Shown: in pieces, positions 26,158 to 38,452 of the stretch
Layout: each line of letters opens with the position of its first letter
Position numbering within the stretch: the stretch's first letter is position 1
NCBI GenBank assembly: GCA_002269645.1
Contig: NIVC01003331.1
Location: 1 to 64,000, forward strand
Direction: 5' to 3'
Source: Macrostomum lignano
Taxonomy: Eukaryota
DNA length: 64,000 nucleotides
Notes under the pieces: model-generated
The model's database searches: none
What the model saw: the letters and a program-made list of their open reading frames with translations, nothing else
What the model was told of the DNA's origin: nothing
Program-made: the position numbers and the translations under genes

Positions 26158-29100
26158 GGTTACTACTGCTGGATATGAAATAAATAAATATGAGAGGATA
26201 TAAGGTTGATGTTTGTTTAATTTTCAAGTTTTAAAAAGGCCTGAAACTTAACTAATCTTTGGTCTTGAGTGAATATTTGAGCATTTACTTTTTGATAAAA
26301 AGGACTAAATACAATAAATGATGATTTTGTTTATATGATCTATTTGTTTTGGCTTGCCTACTTTTACAAATTTTGTGAATCAGAAGAATCAAACATTTTG
26401 TTATTTATTAGCTTTCATCTTGATATTGTTGGCAATTTGCCAAAATACCAAGCAAAACATAGGCATCTTACTTGTTAATTTATTTTATGTTTAAGCCAAG
26501 CATAAAACCAAAAAAGATGACATTTTTATTTAAGTTTATTAAATTAAGTTTATATTTAGTTAGTTTTCTATAGCAGTTTAAAACATTTTTTCAATGAAAC
26601 TTAAATGGTCTAGGCCTAATAGCAACAGGCATAAATGGCTAAAATAGGAGTGTTATAATCTATAATATTAACTAAAATTTCTACAACAAAAAGACCACCT
26701 ATTAGATTGTAAAAAATTTTATTAGCACATATAATGATATATTAGAAATCAATATAGAAAATAAAAATGAATAGTTTCTTCATTGAAAAACAATATTTTT
26801 ATAAGTAGGCCTAATATGTATAATAATGATATCATAAGCATAATTACAATAATAAATATATTTTGATATAGCTAATAGTAAAAGTAATTACTTGAAAAAG
26901 AAAAAAGAGAGCAAGCAAAAAGAGAATAAAATTAGCAAGTTACATCTATGGCATATAGCAAAAACATTAAGGCAACATAGAAAAATAGGAGATCCAATAT
27001 TGATCCCATATATGGCATTTCAATAAATGAATGCAGAAATAGAAAAAACCAAAAAGAGCAATTGGATCCATGGCACAAAAAAGAAAGAGAGGACCACCAA
27101 AAGGACCAGAAGTAAGGCCAATAAAAGAACAAGTATTAAATCATATAGAACTTTTTAATAGCCTGCAGTGTCCTATCCTGGGGCACAAATTAATTATACA
27201 AAAGTTCACAAAGAAAGAGTAATAGTCTCATTCCTACATATACTAAAGTGCCAAGGTGCCATACATATATGCAGAATAAGGCCATCTTTAGCTATTTACT
27301 GATAATATATATAGTTATTTGGCACATAGCCTCCACAAGTAACTGGGTATACTTTGCATTTGCCTCTATTAGCCAGGGTGTTTCATGTTGCACAGTGTGG
27401 CTTGGGGCTTTCTAGGGCCATGGTGGAGCTTGGAGAGTTGCTATGTTTCCCATTGCAAATTGTTAGGCATTGCAAGGAAGTCTTGAAGGGGGCAAGAAAA
27501 AAGACAATGATAGGCAGAGTAAACAAAAAAGGGAGCAAGAAAAGCAAGACAATCAACAGAATGAATAAATGTAAATAAATATGGGGCACAAAAGGGGAAT
27601 AGGAAAATAAAAAGATAAGCAGGCAATGGCAATAGACAAATAGCAAGGATATAGCTTTACAATCAAAGTCTATAGCATAATTAAATTTCACCTTTTATAT
27701 TCCTTTGGCACTCCATCCAATGGACAAAGAGGTCTAATTGCTAGAAATATCCTTTATCGTTGAGTCTAATTAAGGTCATGCCTAAAGATTAATGTGGGTG
27801 ATTGAAATCAAGGAGTAGTAAAAATATACCCAAGTGATATAAAGGTACAAAGCCATTAAAAGCTGCTTGCTATCTCCTTTAGCAATATCAAAAAGTCTTC
27901 TAAAATAAACATATTTACAATATTATACAACATATTCTTATATTAGCAAATTTCTTATACAACAAAAAATAACAATCATGCTTGTTGAATAATTGTAGCA
28001 GAAGGAAAGAACAATTTGTATAATTGCTATCTATAAGGCTAGATTCTAAAATATATCTTTGCTCCTTTGAGGTTTCCAAAGAAAAACCAATGCTATATAC
28101 TAAATAGAACATAAAAACTAACATATGGAGACAAATTTGCATTTGTCAACCTAAATATAGTTTCATTTTGAACCTAAAAATAGAAAGTACAAATCAATAT
28201 TTAAATATAGTCCTAATGTGCCAGTTACAAATGGCCTATAATGGCCAGCTCCCTTGCAACTATTGCATAGCTACAATTTAGCCACTGTATTGCCATAGAA
28301 AAAATAGAGATACTAATTTAACTAAGTTCTTCTTAGTTTCTATCTGATGATAGTATATATGTTATGCATGTCTTTTGGTCTTTTTCAATTTTTTAATAGT
28401 CTATTTGAGACTTAGACTCAGCCTTAGATGAACCTAGTAACTGCATTGCTATCTTGCCAATTCTTATTGGTCTATGATACCAGTTTGCTTATCTGTATAC
28501 ATGCCATGGGTACAAAATAGTTTAAACACAATTCTTTGAAGCTAGCTTCCATTTGTTATGTCATGCCTTTGCAGATGCTTTTGTATAGTATTTAAATGTC
28601 AATGTTTAATAAGGCAGATATATTTGACCTTTAGAGGTAGTTAAACTTACACCTAGTTTTCTCTAAATTTCAACATGCATTTGTGTCAAGGAATGGGCAT
28701 CAAAATTAAAGCAGGCAGTTTCCACCTTGAGTGGTCTGGCTTGTGGTTCCTTGAATATACCAGATGCTGCATTATTAGGGCCTAGCTTTTTTAAGGCAGA
28801 TAAAAAAATTTGCTACTAGACTAGAACTTGCAGTGACCATGATTGTTGATAAAAATAACCTGTTTGCTGCTGGACTATGACTTGCAAAATACCTTACCAA
28901 TTTGTTGCTAAGAACAAGGTATTGCTAGGCTTAGACTAAAGGGGCTACAAGATGCAACAAGGCTAGGTGTGTCCTTGGTATATAGATATAGACATTAGAT
29001 GCTAACTCAGTCTATAGATATGTGTAAAGAGGGTTGACAAGTTAATGCACTTCAAATTCCAACTTCGTTGCAAGCAGTTGCGAAATGATAGTTTGATAAA

Positions 29101-30323
29101 TTTATTTAACAAAATATGCTTTAACTAAATGGTTGTTATAGTGCTACTGTTATAACTAAACTAATTATATAATCTGAAATATAATGATAGAATTTCTTGC
29201 AATGCATATAAAAAACATGGTGTTAAAAAAAATCAGTAACACGCATATGTATTCATATTATATACTATCTTTTACCATTGTGAACATGATATGCCAACTG
29301 TAAAAGTAAGTCAATAAAGCACTTTTTAAAACTCTTAAACCTTACATAAGCCATTGTTTCTTGGCCATTGTCAGTCTCATTCAGCAGTACTTAAGATTTA
29401 GATAAAAATTTGAAATTTATGTTTATTTGCATTATTTATTTACCTGAACCACAGGGTATTAAAAGTCAAAGTCACTTAGACAATAGTCAAATAGGCAATA
29501 GGAAGGAGGGTAAAGTGTAAAAACTCAAATCTGCAGAAACATAATACCAACAAAGTCAACATTTGACTTGATTTCACGTGAAAAAACTCCTTGCTACCAT
29601 AGGCTTGGTTCCATTTCTTCATTATTGACCTAATTTTTTTAAAGATTACCTAATAATAAATGACTCAGTTGATATGGTATAAATAATTTAGTCAAATGGT
29701 TAAGTCTTTACAAAAAGTACAGCTTGTTCCATTTACTAAAATACCTTAAATAAGTATCCTTGAATATGCCATGCTTAACTGTTGCAGCAGTGGCTATTTA
29801 ATAGCTATATAGTGCTATCAAACTAAAAATTACCTTGAAATTTTGATGTAGAACACATCAATTGCACTACTTCTGGAAGTATACTATGTTTAACTCATTT
29901 TGCACAATATTAATTTCGAAAATATCAAATAATATATTTTAAATATTTTCTAATTAAACTTTATTTGATTTGATTTTCTATCTTATGCTAGTTTTAATTT
30001 TTGGCTAATAAGAAGGTAAAGATAATCTAAATATTTGTAAGACAGAAAACCAATGAAAATGAGTCAAATAGTGCTAGAGCCATGTTGTATAATGAATTCA
30101 GATAAAAGAGCTATGTAGAGGGATTTATCTATCCCAAATATCACTAGCTAAGTAAAAATGAAACTGATTCCCAACTAAAATGATAGACTTCAATGATTTT
30201 GAATAAGTGTGGAGCTCCAGGAAAAAACCCTGTAAATTGTACAATTTTATAACCAAATACACTACCAAACTCCAAATCAATAAATTCAATTCATGACATG
30301 AACAATCTTATTTTGATGCAGCA

Positions 30324-30913
30324 ATGAACACTGTACATTTAGATAGCAAACCGGAGCCATTAACTGTCAAAACCAATGCCAATTTAATCGGAAGTAATAG
30401 TAGCACCGCTACTAGCAGTAGTAGCAGTAGTAGCGCATGCAGCAGCGCTTTTAGTAGCGAAGACTCGCCGGCCCAGCAGCAACAGATGCAGCAGTCACCA
30501 AGCATGCCAGCTGCTGTAGGCGAGGCATCCAGAATGGTGTCGGCGCGTTGTGCCGCTATAAATTCTTCCTCAGCCTCTTCGGGCGTAGAATCTCGCACCC
30601 AACGTGGCTTCTCGTGCGCATTTGACGAAGTGTTGGCATCGAATAGGGCTGTTGTGCAAGCGGAAAATGTGCCGGGTAGGAGGGTAAACAACAATGGCGG
30701 ATGTGGCGGTACAGCTGGTAGCGGTTGCTCTAATTCTGGCAATGGTCGCAGCCTGTCACGAAATGGTAGTGCTTGCGGCGCCAATGGTAGTTATTCATTC
30801 ATATTGCCTGACTTGTCAACCTATCCGTTGGAATTTCGAGCCTTTTTGGAGAAGGAACTGTTGGATACGGGGACTCTGGTTAACTTGGAGCAGGCTGGTT
30901 GTTTGAATTGGTG
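30324..30913 (+). CDS. OTUD7: OTUD7/Cezanne (A20-family) deubiquitinase, first identified coding exon (gene 30324-36291, ~708 aa)
   Basis: ATG ORF with a Ser-rich N-terminus ending FILPDLSTYPLEFRAFLEKELLDTGTLVNLEQAGCLNW-W, matching the OTUD7A/B pre-catalytic segment. Donor TG|GTAAGG at 30914. An upstream exon is possible (gcag|caATG). Confidence 0.88.
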
Positions 30914-30959
30914 GTAAGGTTACTTTGGGTTAATTTTGTCTACCATTGGTTAGTAGTAA

Positions 30960-32060
30960 GGGGTAGTCTGACATTGTTACCAGTTTCCTAATGGTAAACT
31001 AGGGATGTAGCCTGACATTGTTACCAGTTTCCTGAAGGTAAACTAGGGATGTAGCCTGACATTGTTACCAGTTTCCTGAAGGTAAACTAGGGATATAGCC
31101 TGACATTGTTACCAGTTTCCTAAAGGTAAACTAGAGATGTAGTCTGACATTGTTACCAGTTTCCTGAAGGTAAACTAGAGATGTAGTCTGACATTGTTAC
31201 CAGTTTCCTGAAGGTAAACTAGGGATGTAGTCTGACATTGTTACCAGTTTCCTGAAGGTAAACTAGAGATGTAGTCTGACATTGTTACCAGTTTCCTGAA
31301 GGTAAACTAGGGATATAGCCTGACATTGTTACCAGTTTCCTAATAGTAAACTAGGGATATAGCCTGACATTGTTACCAGTTTCCTGATGGTAAACTAGGG
31401 ATGTAGCCTGACATTGTTACCAGTTTCCTAATGGTAAACTAGGGATGTAGCCTGACATTGTTACCAGTTTCCTAATGGTAAACTAGGGATATAGCCTGAC
31501 ATTGTTACCAGTTTCCTAATGGTAAACTAGGGATGTAGCCTGACATTGTTACCAGTTTCCTAATGGTAAACTAGGGATGTAGCCTGACATTGTTACCAGT
31601 TTCCTAATGGTAAACTAGGGATATAGCCTGACATTGTTACCAGTTTCCTAATGGTAAACTAGGGATGTAGCCTGACATTGTTACCAGTTTCCTGAGGGTA
31701 AACTAGGGATGTAGCCTGACATTGTTACCAGTTTCCTGAGGGTAAACTAGGGATGTAGCCTGACATTGTTACCAGTTTCCTAATGGTAAACTAGGGATAT
31801 AGCCTGACATTGTTACCAGTTTCCTAATGGTAAACTAGGGATGTAGCCTGACATTGTTACCAGTTTCCTAATGGTAAACTAGGGATGTAGCCTGACATTG
31901 TTACCAGTTTCCTAATGGTAAACTAGGGATGTAGCCTGACATTGTTACCAGTTTCCTGAGGGTAAACTAGGGATGTAGCCTGACATTGTTACCAGTTTCC
32001 TAATGGTAAACTAGGGATGTAGCCTGACATTGTTACCAGTTTCCTGATGGTAGACTAGAG
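30960..32060. repeat. 44-bp minisatellite (~25 copies) filling OTUD7 intron 1
   Basis: Unit agcctgacattgttaccagtttcct(aat/gaa/gag)ggtaaactagggatgt; period 44 (ctgacattg at 30968, 31012, 31056). Confidence 0.97.
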
Positions 32061-32117
32061 ATTTAATATGCTTAGAGTACAAGCAGCTGACGCGTAAGTC
32101 CTCACACTAATACCTAG

Positions 32118-33192
32118 GCACGACCTTGGCCTGTCCCAACGATTGTGGCCTCTGCAAACGAGCGGCGATGGCAACTGCCTTCTACATGCTATCAGTCTGA
32201 GCAGTCTAGGCTTCCACGATCGTCAATTGGTATTCCGAAGCGCGTTGCACGAATATTTGCTGTCTCATAGTGCAGCTGTGTACAGGCGCTGGAGATGGCA
32301 GACAGCCCGGGAGCTGTACCGAGCCACGGGCCTGAGATTAAGCGAGTCGGAATGGCAATCGGAATGGAAATCGTTGCTACAACTGGCTAGCGCCCAGCCT
32401 AAGCAGCAACAACAGCAGCAGATCGGTCAGCAGCATCAGCATCAGCTGGATTCTCTAGAAGAAATCCACGTATTCGTAGCCGCCAATGTATTCCGCCGGC
32501 CCATCATAGTGATAGCCGATCAGTTTGTCAAAGACTCCGAAGGTGACAATTTAGCTCCAATACCGTTTGCCGGAATCTATCTGCCGCTGTTAGAGAAACC
32601 AGAGCATTGTTCTAAGCATCCGGTATTGCTAGCCTACGATGCAGCTCATTTCTCCGCATTGGTTCCCATGGAAACTGCTGTAAACTTGCCCTACGCTGTT
32701 CCATTGTGCTGCTGCGATCTGCACACCCCGCTGCCTCTGCACTTTAGCGCCGATCCCGGGCCGCACTGGAAATGGTCGTCGAAATCTGCCGCTGCGGCTG
32801 TTGTTAACGGCGCTCCAGTGGCGACGCCCGATACAGAAATGGGCGGCAGGCTTCGAGCTAAACTGCTGGCTTCTTATCTGAGATGCTCAACTCTGAGATT
32901 GCCTGTGGCTCCGCCGCAGCCGCTTCCGGCGGCTGTCGCTCAGGCTGCCGTTGCTGCTGTTACTCAACGCCCAGTAGTAGTTGGACTAACTCGTTCGGGT
33001 AGTTCAGTTGGCAATGCGGCGCAGTTGTCTATGGCAACAGTCGGTGCTGTTTCAGCAGACGATAGCGGCTTTGTTGAGTATCAACAGCAGCAGCAGCAAC
33101 AACAGTTGCATTCGCAGTTGCAGCAGAGATCTGCTACTCTGGACTGTCGTAGAATGCGCGGCGGTGTTGATGGATTGTATCCAGGGGGCATG
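32118..33192 (+). CDS. OTUD7: OTUD7-like exon 2: OTU catalytic domain
   Basis: Acceptor ctag|G at 32117 joins in frame to give NWWHDLGLSQRLWPLQTSGDGNCLLHA (catalytic Cys at 32176). Also LEEIHVFVAANVFRRPIIV, PFAGIYLPL and LAYDAAHFSALV (catalytic His). Donor ATG|GTGAGC at 33193. Confidence 0.93.
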
Positions 33193-33196
33193 GTGA

Positions 33197-35758
33197 GCTG
33201 CTGTAACATGTTGTGTAACAGATGCTGTAACATGTAGTGTAACAGATGCTGTAACATGTAGTGTAACAGCTACTGTAAAGTATAGTGTAACAGATGCTGT
33301 AACATGTAGTGTAACAGATGCTGTAACATGTAGTGTAACAGATGCTGTAACATGTAGTGTAACAGCTACTGTACCATGTAGTGTAACAGCTACTGTAACA
33401 TATAGTGTAACATCTACTGTAACATGTAGTGTAACAGCTACTGTAACATGTAGTGTAACAGCTACTGTAACATGTAGTGTAACAGCTACTGTAACATGTA
33501 ATGTAACAGCTACTGTAACATACAGTGTAACAGATGCTGTAACATGTAGTGTAACAGCTACTGTAACATATAGTGTAACATCTACTGTAACATATAGTGT
33601 AACATCTACTGTAACATATAGTGTAACAGCTACTGTAAAGTATAGTGTAACAGATGCTGTAACATACAGTGTAACAGCTACTGTAACATGTAGTGTAACA
33701 GCTACTGTAACATGTAGTGTAACAGCTACTGTAACATTTAGTGTAACAGCTACTGTAACATGTAGTGTAACAGCTACTGTAACATGTAGTGTAACAGCTA
33801 CTGTAACATATAGTGTAACAGCTACTGTAACATGTAGTGTAACAGCTACTGTAACATGTAGTGTAACAGCTACTGTAACATGTAGTGTAACAGCTACTGT
33901 AACATATAGTGTAACAGCTACTGTAACATATAGTGTAACAGCTACTGTAACATGTAGTGTAACAGCTACTGTAACATGTAGTGTAACATCTACTGTAACA
34001 TGTAGTGTAACAGCTACTGTAACATGTAGTGTAACAGCTACTGTAACATATAGTGTAACAGATGCTGTAACAGCTGCTGTAACATGTAGTGTAACAGCTA
34101 CTGTAACATATAGTGTAACAGCTACTGTAACATGTAGTGTAACAGCTACTGTAACATGTAGTGTAACAGCTACTGTAACATGTAGTGTAACAGCTACTGT
34201 AACATATAGTGTAACAGCTACTGTAACATGTAGTGTAACATCTACTGTAACATTTAGTGTAACAGTTACTGTAAAGTATAGTGTAACATCTACTGTAACA
34301 TATAGTGTAACAGCTACTGTAACATGTAGTGTAACAGCTACTGTAACATGTAGTGTAACATCTACTGTAACATGTAGTGTAACAGCTACTGTAACATGTA
34401 GTGTAACAGCTACTGTAACATACAGTGTAACAGCTACTGTAACATACAGTGTAACAGCTACTGTAACATATAGTGTAACAGCTACTGTAACATGTAGTGT
34501 AACAGCTACTGTAACATGTAGTGTAACAGCTACTGTAACATGTAGTGTAACAGCTACTGTAACATATAGTGTAACAGCTACTGTAACATGTAGTGTAACA
34601 GCTACTGTAACATGTAGTGTAACATCTACTGTAACATGTAGTGTAACAGCTACTGTAACATGTAGTGTAACAGCTACTGTAACATATAGTGTAACAGATG
34701 CTGTAACAGCTGCTGTAACATGTAGTGTAACAGCTACTGTAACATATAGTGTAACAGCTACTGTAACATGTAGTGTAACAGCTACTGTAACATGTAGTGT
34801 AACAGCTACTGTAACATGTAGTGTAACAGCTACTGTAACATATAGTGTAACAGATGCTGTAACAGCTGCTGTAACATGTAGTGTAACAGCTACTGTAACA
34901 TATAGTGTAACAGCTACTGTAACATGTAGTGTAACAGCTACTGTAACATATAGTGTAACATCTACTGTAACATATAGTGTAACATCTACTGTAACATATA
35001 GTGTAACAGCTACTGTAAAGTATAGTGTAACAGATGCTGTAACATATAGTGTAACATCTACTGTAACATATAGTGTAACAGCTACTGTAACATGTAGTGT
35101 AACAGCTACTGTAACATACAGTGTAACAGCTACTGTAACATACAGTGTAACAGCTACTGTAACATACAGTGTAACAGCTACTGTAACATATAGTGTAACA
35201 GCTACTGTAACATGTAGTGTAACAGCTACTGTAACATGTAGTGTAACAGCTACTGTAACATACAGTGCAACAGCTACTGTAACATATAGTGTAAGAGCTA
35301 CTGTAACATGTAGTGTAACAGCTACTGTAACATATAGTGTAAGAGCTACTGTAAAGTATAGTGTAACATCTACTGTAACATGTAGTGTAACAGCTACTGT
35401 AACATGTAGTGTAACAGCTACTGTAACATATAGTGTAACAGCTACTGTAACATGTAGTGTAACAGCTACTGTAACATACAGTGTAACAGCTACTGTAACA
35501 TACAGTGTAACAGCTACTGTAACATACAGTGTAACAGCTACTGTAACATATAGTGTAACAGCTACTGTAACATGTAGTGTAACAGCTACTGTAACATGTA
35601 GTGTAACAGCTACTGTAACATACAGTGCAACAGCTACTGTAACATATAGTGTAAGAGCTACTGTAACATGTAGTGTAACAGCTACTGTAACATATAGTGT
35701 AAGAGCTACTGTAAAGTATAGTGTAACATCTACTGTAACATGTAGTGTAACAGTGTAA
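33197..35758. repeat. 24-bp minisatellite (two related 12-mers, ~107 copies) filling OTUD7 intron 2
   Basis: Unit tgtaacagctac-tgtaacatgtag; the pattern recurs exactly every 120 bp (5 x 24). Confidence 0.97.
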
Positions 35759-35829
35759 CGTAGTGGATCATGTTATACTAGTACTAGTTTATCGTACTAA
35801 CACCTACCCCTCCCGTTCTTGTTTCCCAG

Positions 35830-36291
35830 TCGCAGGGCCAACAGAACCCCAGCCGATCTCTTGGCCATCAACTGCTCAAAGCCATGCAGCAGCGTCTACC
35901 AATTAGGCGAACAGGTAAATCTAGTAAATGGCCGTCAGTTGCAACGCCAGCTTCATCAGCTGATGCCTCGGTGGCGGACCAGGCGCTATTGGATAGCGCC
36001 TCAACCGGGTTGCTATGCGCCCACCTGGGCGTTACTAATCGACCGCCGCATTTCACTGACGCAGTTAGCAGCTACCTGACCTCGGCTATGGCTCGGTTCT
36101 CACAATTAGACGAATTACAGAAGCGCCGGTCTGCCGAAATTATCGACCAACAAATGCGCCGCTCGGCTCTGGTGCAGTGTGTCGGTCCGAACTGCGACAT
36201 GTTCGCTCGAGAGGAGACCAATTTCCTGTGCTCTCGCTGTTACCAGGACCAGCAGTTGCTGATGAAGCAGATGCTTAATGACGATCATTGA
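35830..36291 (+). CDS. OTUD7: OTUD7-like exon 3 with C-terminal A20-type zinc finger
   Basis: Acceptor tttcccag|TCG at 35829 is in phase 0, with TACTAAC at 35795. RPPHFTDAVSSYLTSAMARF and CVGPNCDMFAREETNFLCSRCY (Cx4Cx11Cx2C). Stop at 36289-36291. Summed exons are 2127 nt = 709 codons. Confidence 0.9.
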   Translation, partial: SQGQQNPSRSLGHQLLKAMQQRLPIRRTGKSSKWPSVATPASSADASVADQALLDSASTGLLCAHLGVTNRPPHFTDAVSSYLTSAMARFSQLDELQKRRSAEIIDQQMRRSALVQCVGPNCDMFAREETNFLCSRCYQDQQLLMKQMLNDDH

Positions 36292-36478
36292 GCAGCTTTT
36301 TTGGTTTGTTAAACAGTTAGACTGTCGATAAAACTCTGTTCGATTCTTGTTCTCGTCCTTCATTTTTTATACTATAAATCGCTTGTTTCCAGTCAATGTT
36401 TTTGTTTCATTTTGCATATCTACATCGCAGGGTTGGGCGCATCTCTGACTCTTGCCTGTGTACACCCTGTGTGAGCGT

Positions 36479-36766
36479 GCGGGTTGTAGCCTAGTAGTCA
36501 GAGCGTCGGACTCACAACTTGAAGGTTGGGAGTTCGATTCCCGATCCCACTGAACCAATTTGTATCCTTGAGCACAAGATACTTAACTCTGCATTGCTTC
36601 AGTTCACCCAGCTGTAAAATGGGTGCCAGCATTAGCTGGGGTAATTGAGGGTGTGTGGCGACCCCCCAGTCCTTGGACTGAACAGCCGTACATAAGGTTA
36701 TGGTTAAAGCGCTCTAGTTAGCCAGAAGCATATTGTACCCCTTTTAAACTTAACTTAAACTTAACT
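36479..36766 (+). mobile_element. tRNA-derived SINE with CORE-like central domain
   Basis: A-box TAGCCTAGTAG and B-box GGAGTTCGATTCCC. Body GTATCCTTGAGCACAAGATACTTAACTCTGCATTGCTTCAGTTCACCCAGCTGTAAAATGGG resembles the CORE consensus as recalled. (TTAAAC)-like tail. Confidence 0.8.
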
Positions 36767-37520
36767 ACTGAGTAAATCTAAAACACACTATATTAAAATA
36801 TGCCATTAGTCATTCTTTGCAATATATTTATTTACTTATTTTTGTTTCTCAAGTTAAGTTTAGCAGGTCGAGGTGTTCCTTACTCATTTAAAAGAATAAA
36901 TATAGATAATTTTATATATTATTAAGCATACAGCTATTTTCTATTTTCCGATAGTCCATAAATTGACAATATGAATTTGGCCAAAATAAACTAACAATCT
37001 CTTTGTCTTGATAATCATTATATTCATGTCATCGGAATTCGACTGTTATACCTCAATAAAAAACTTATTCAAGCTGCAATCAATTTTATTGCTTGAAGTG
37101 AAGAGACAACTTTTTATTTTATGCCTACAGAATAAAGTATTAATTATCCTGTTATCATAATTTTTGTACTTTCATAATGCTAGTCGCTTTAATGTTGTTA
37201 ATAAATGTGGTGACCTTTTTTCTTTAATTTAAGTTGCAATTGCACTTAGAAAAAAAGAATCTATTATTTTTCATATTTTCCACTTTCAACTATTGAATAG
37301 TTGAAATAGTTCGATACCTTTGCAATTTCGCAATTGCAAAGGTATCGAATGAATTTTTTTGCAATTAGGCTTTAAATATTTTTTTTAAAATAAGTGTTAC
37401 TTTAATATAAAGTACTTCAATTAGCGCGATGGGATTGAATACTCAAAGGTTACATATATTGATATAGCATTTTGCTTATCTCTCTAACCCAAGTCTCACT
37501 CATTTGTATTAATAACATCG

Positions 37521-37552
<32 letters not shown>

Positions 37553-38452
37553 TCTGCCACTTTTTGCAATACGTCAGCTATAGTTAGTATTTTCCGCAAC
37601 ACTCACACTGCACTGCTTACTTTATTATTAAAGTAGTAATATCAAAAGTTTATAGATCGTCTTTTTCTGAATTGTACCGCAAGAGTCTGTGTTGGCTACA
37701 GCTTTGCTTTCGCTTTATTCTGTCAGTCTGTGAATCTGAGCTTCAAAGTCTATATAATGTTACCTAAGTCAGTTATTACCTGGACAGACCTACCTGGTGT
37801 GTTTCAAAGAAAATAGATTTAACAATTTATTTTGCAGAGCAACGCGTCTGGCTTTGCTTTAAAACTATTGCTTTAATAAATCTCAAATTTATTTGTGAGA
37901 CTTGACGTTAATTAATTTCTGAATACAGTGTGTTTAGTAGGATTTAGAGGTTGGAAGTCCCAGATATCTAAGATATCGAAATTATTAAAAGCCTATAAAA
38001 TTCCATAGTTAACGGTATTAATTACTTAGTATTACTACCGATGATATAGTTAAGAATGAGAACCGGCTGGGAATGCTGCAGCGCTATAAGGGTGCCTCAG
38101 GGGCCAGATAGGTAATTCAGCTCTTGTCTGCTGACCAGATGAGAGTGGAAAGGAAAGGGAATAGAAGACGAAAGATGAGAGAAGAGAGGAGAGGCGGGGA
38201 ATGAGATGAGAGCTTGTCGCTCGCACTAGTCGTAAAAGTACAATCTTATCAATTTTATAAATTACAGTCTCAAATAGTAGATACTATGTACATTTAAATG
38301 ACGCTTACTATAAGTCCAAGTCACTTTAGGCCACTCAAGCATTTCTTGATACATAAGCAACCGTAACAGCCAAGTTATACCCTATTATCAATTTGACACA
38401 AGCACAGGTTCTCATTGAAATCTAATTTTATGCCAAACTACACTTCACTACT

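Noticed and set aside
36479-36550. Functional tRNA gene
   Set aside because: The acceptor stem does not close properly, there is no oligo-T terminator, and the sequence continues into a SINE body and tail.
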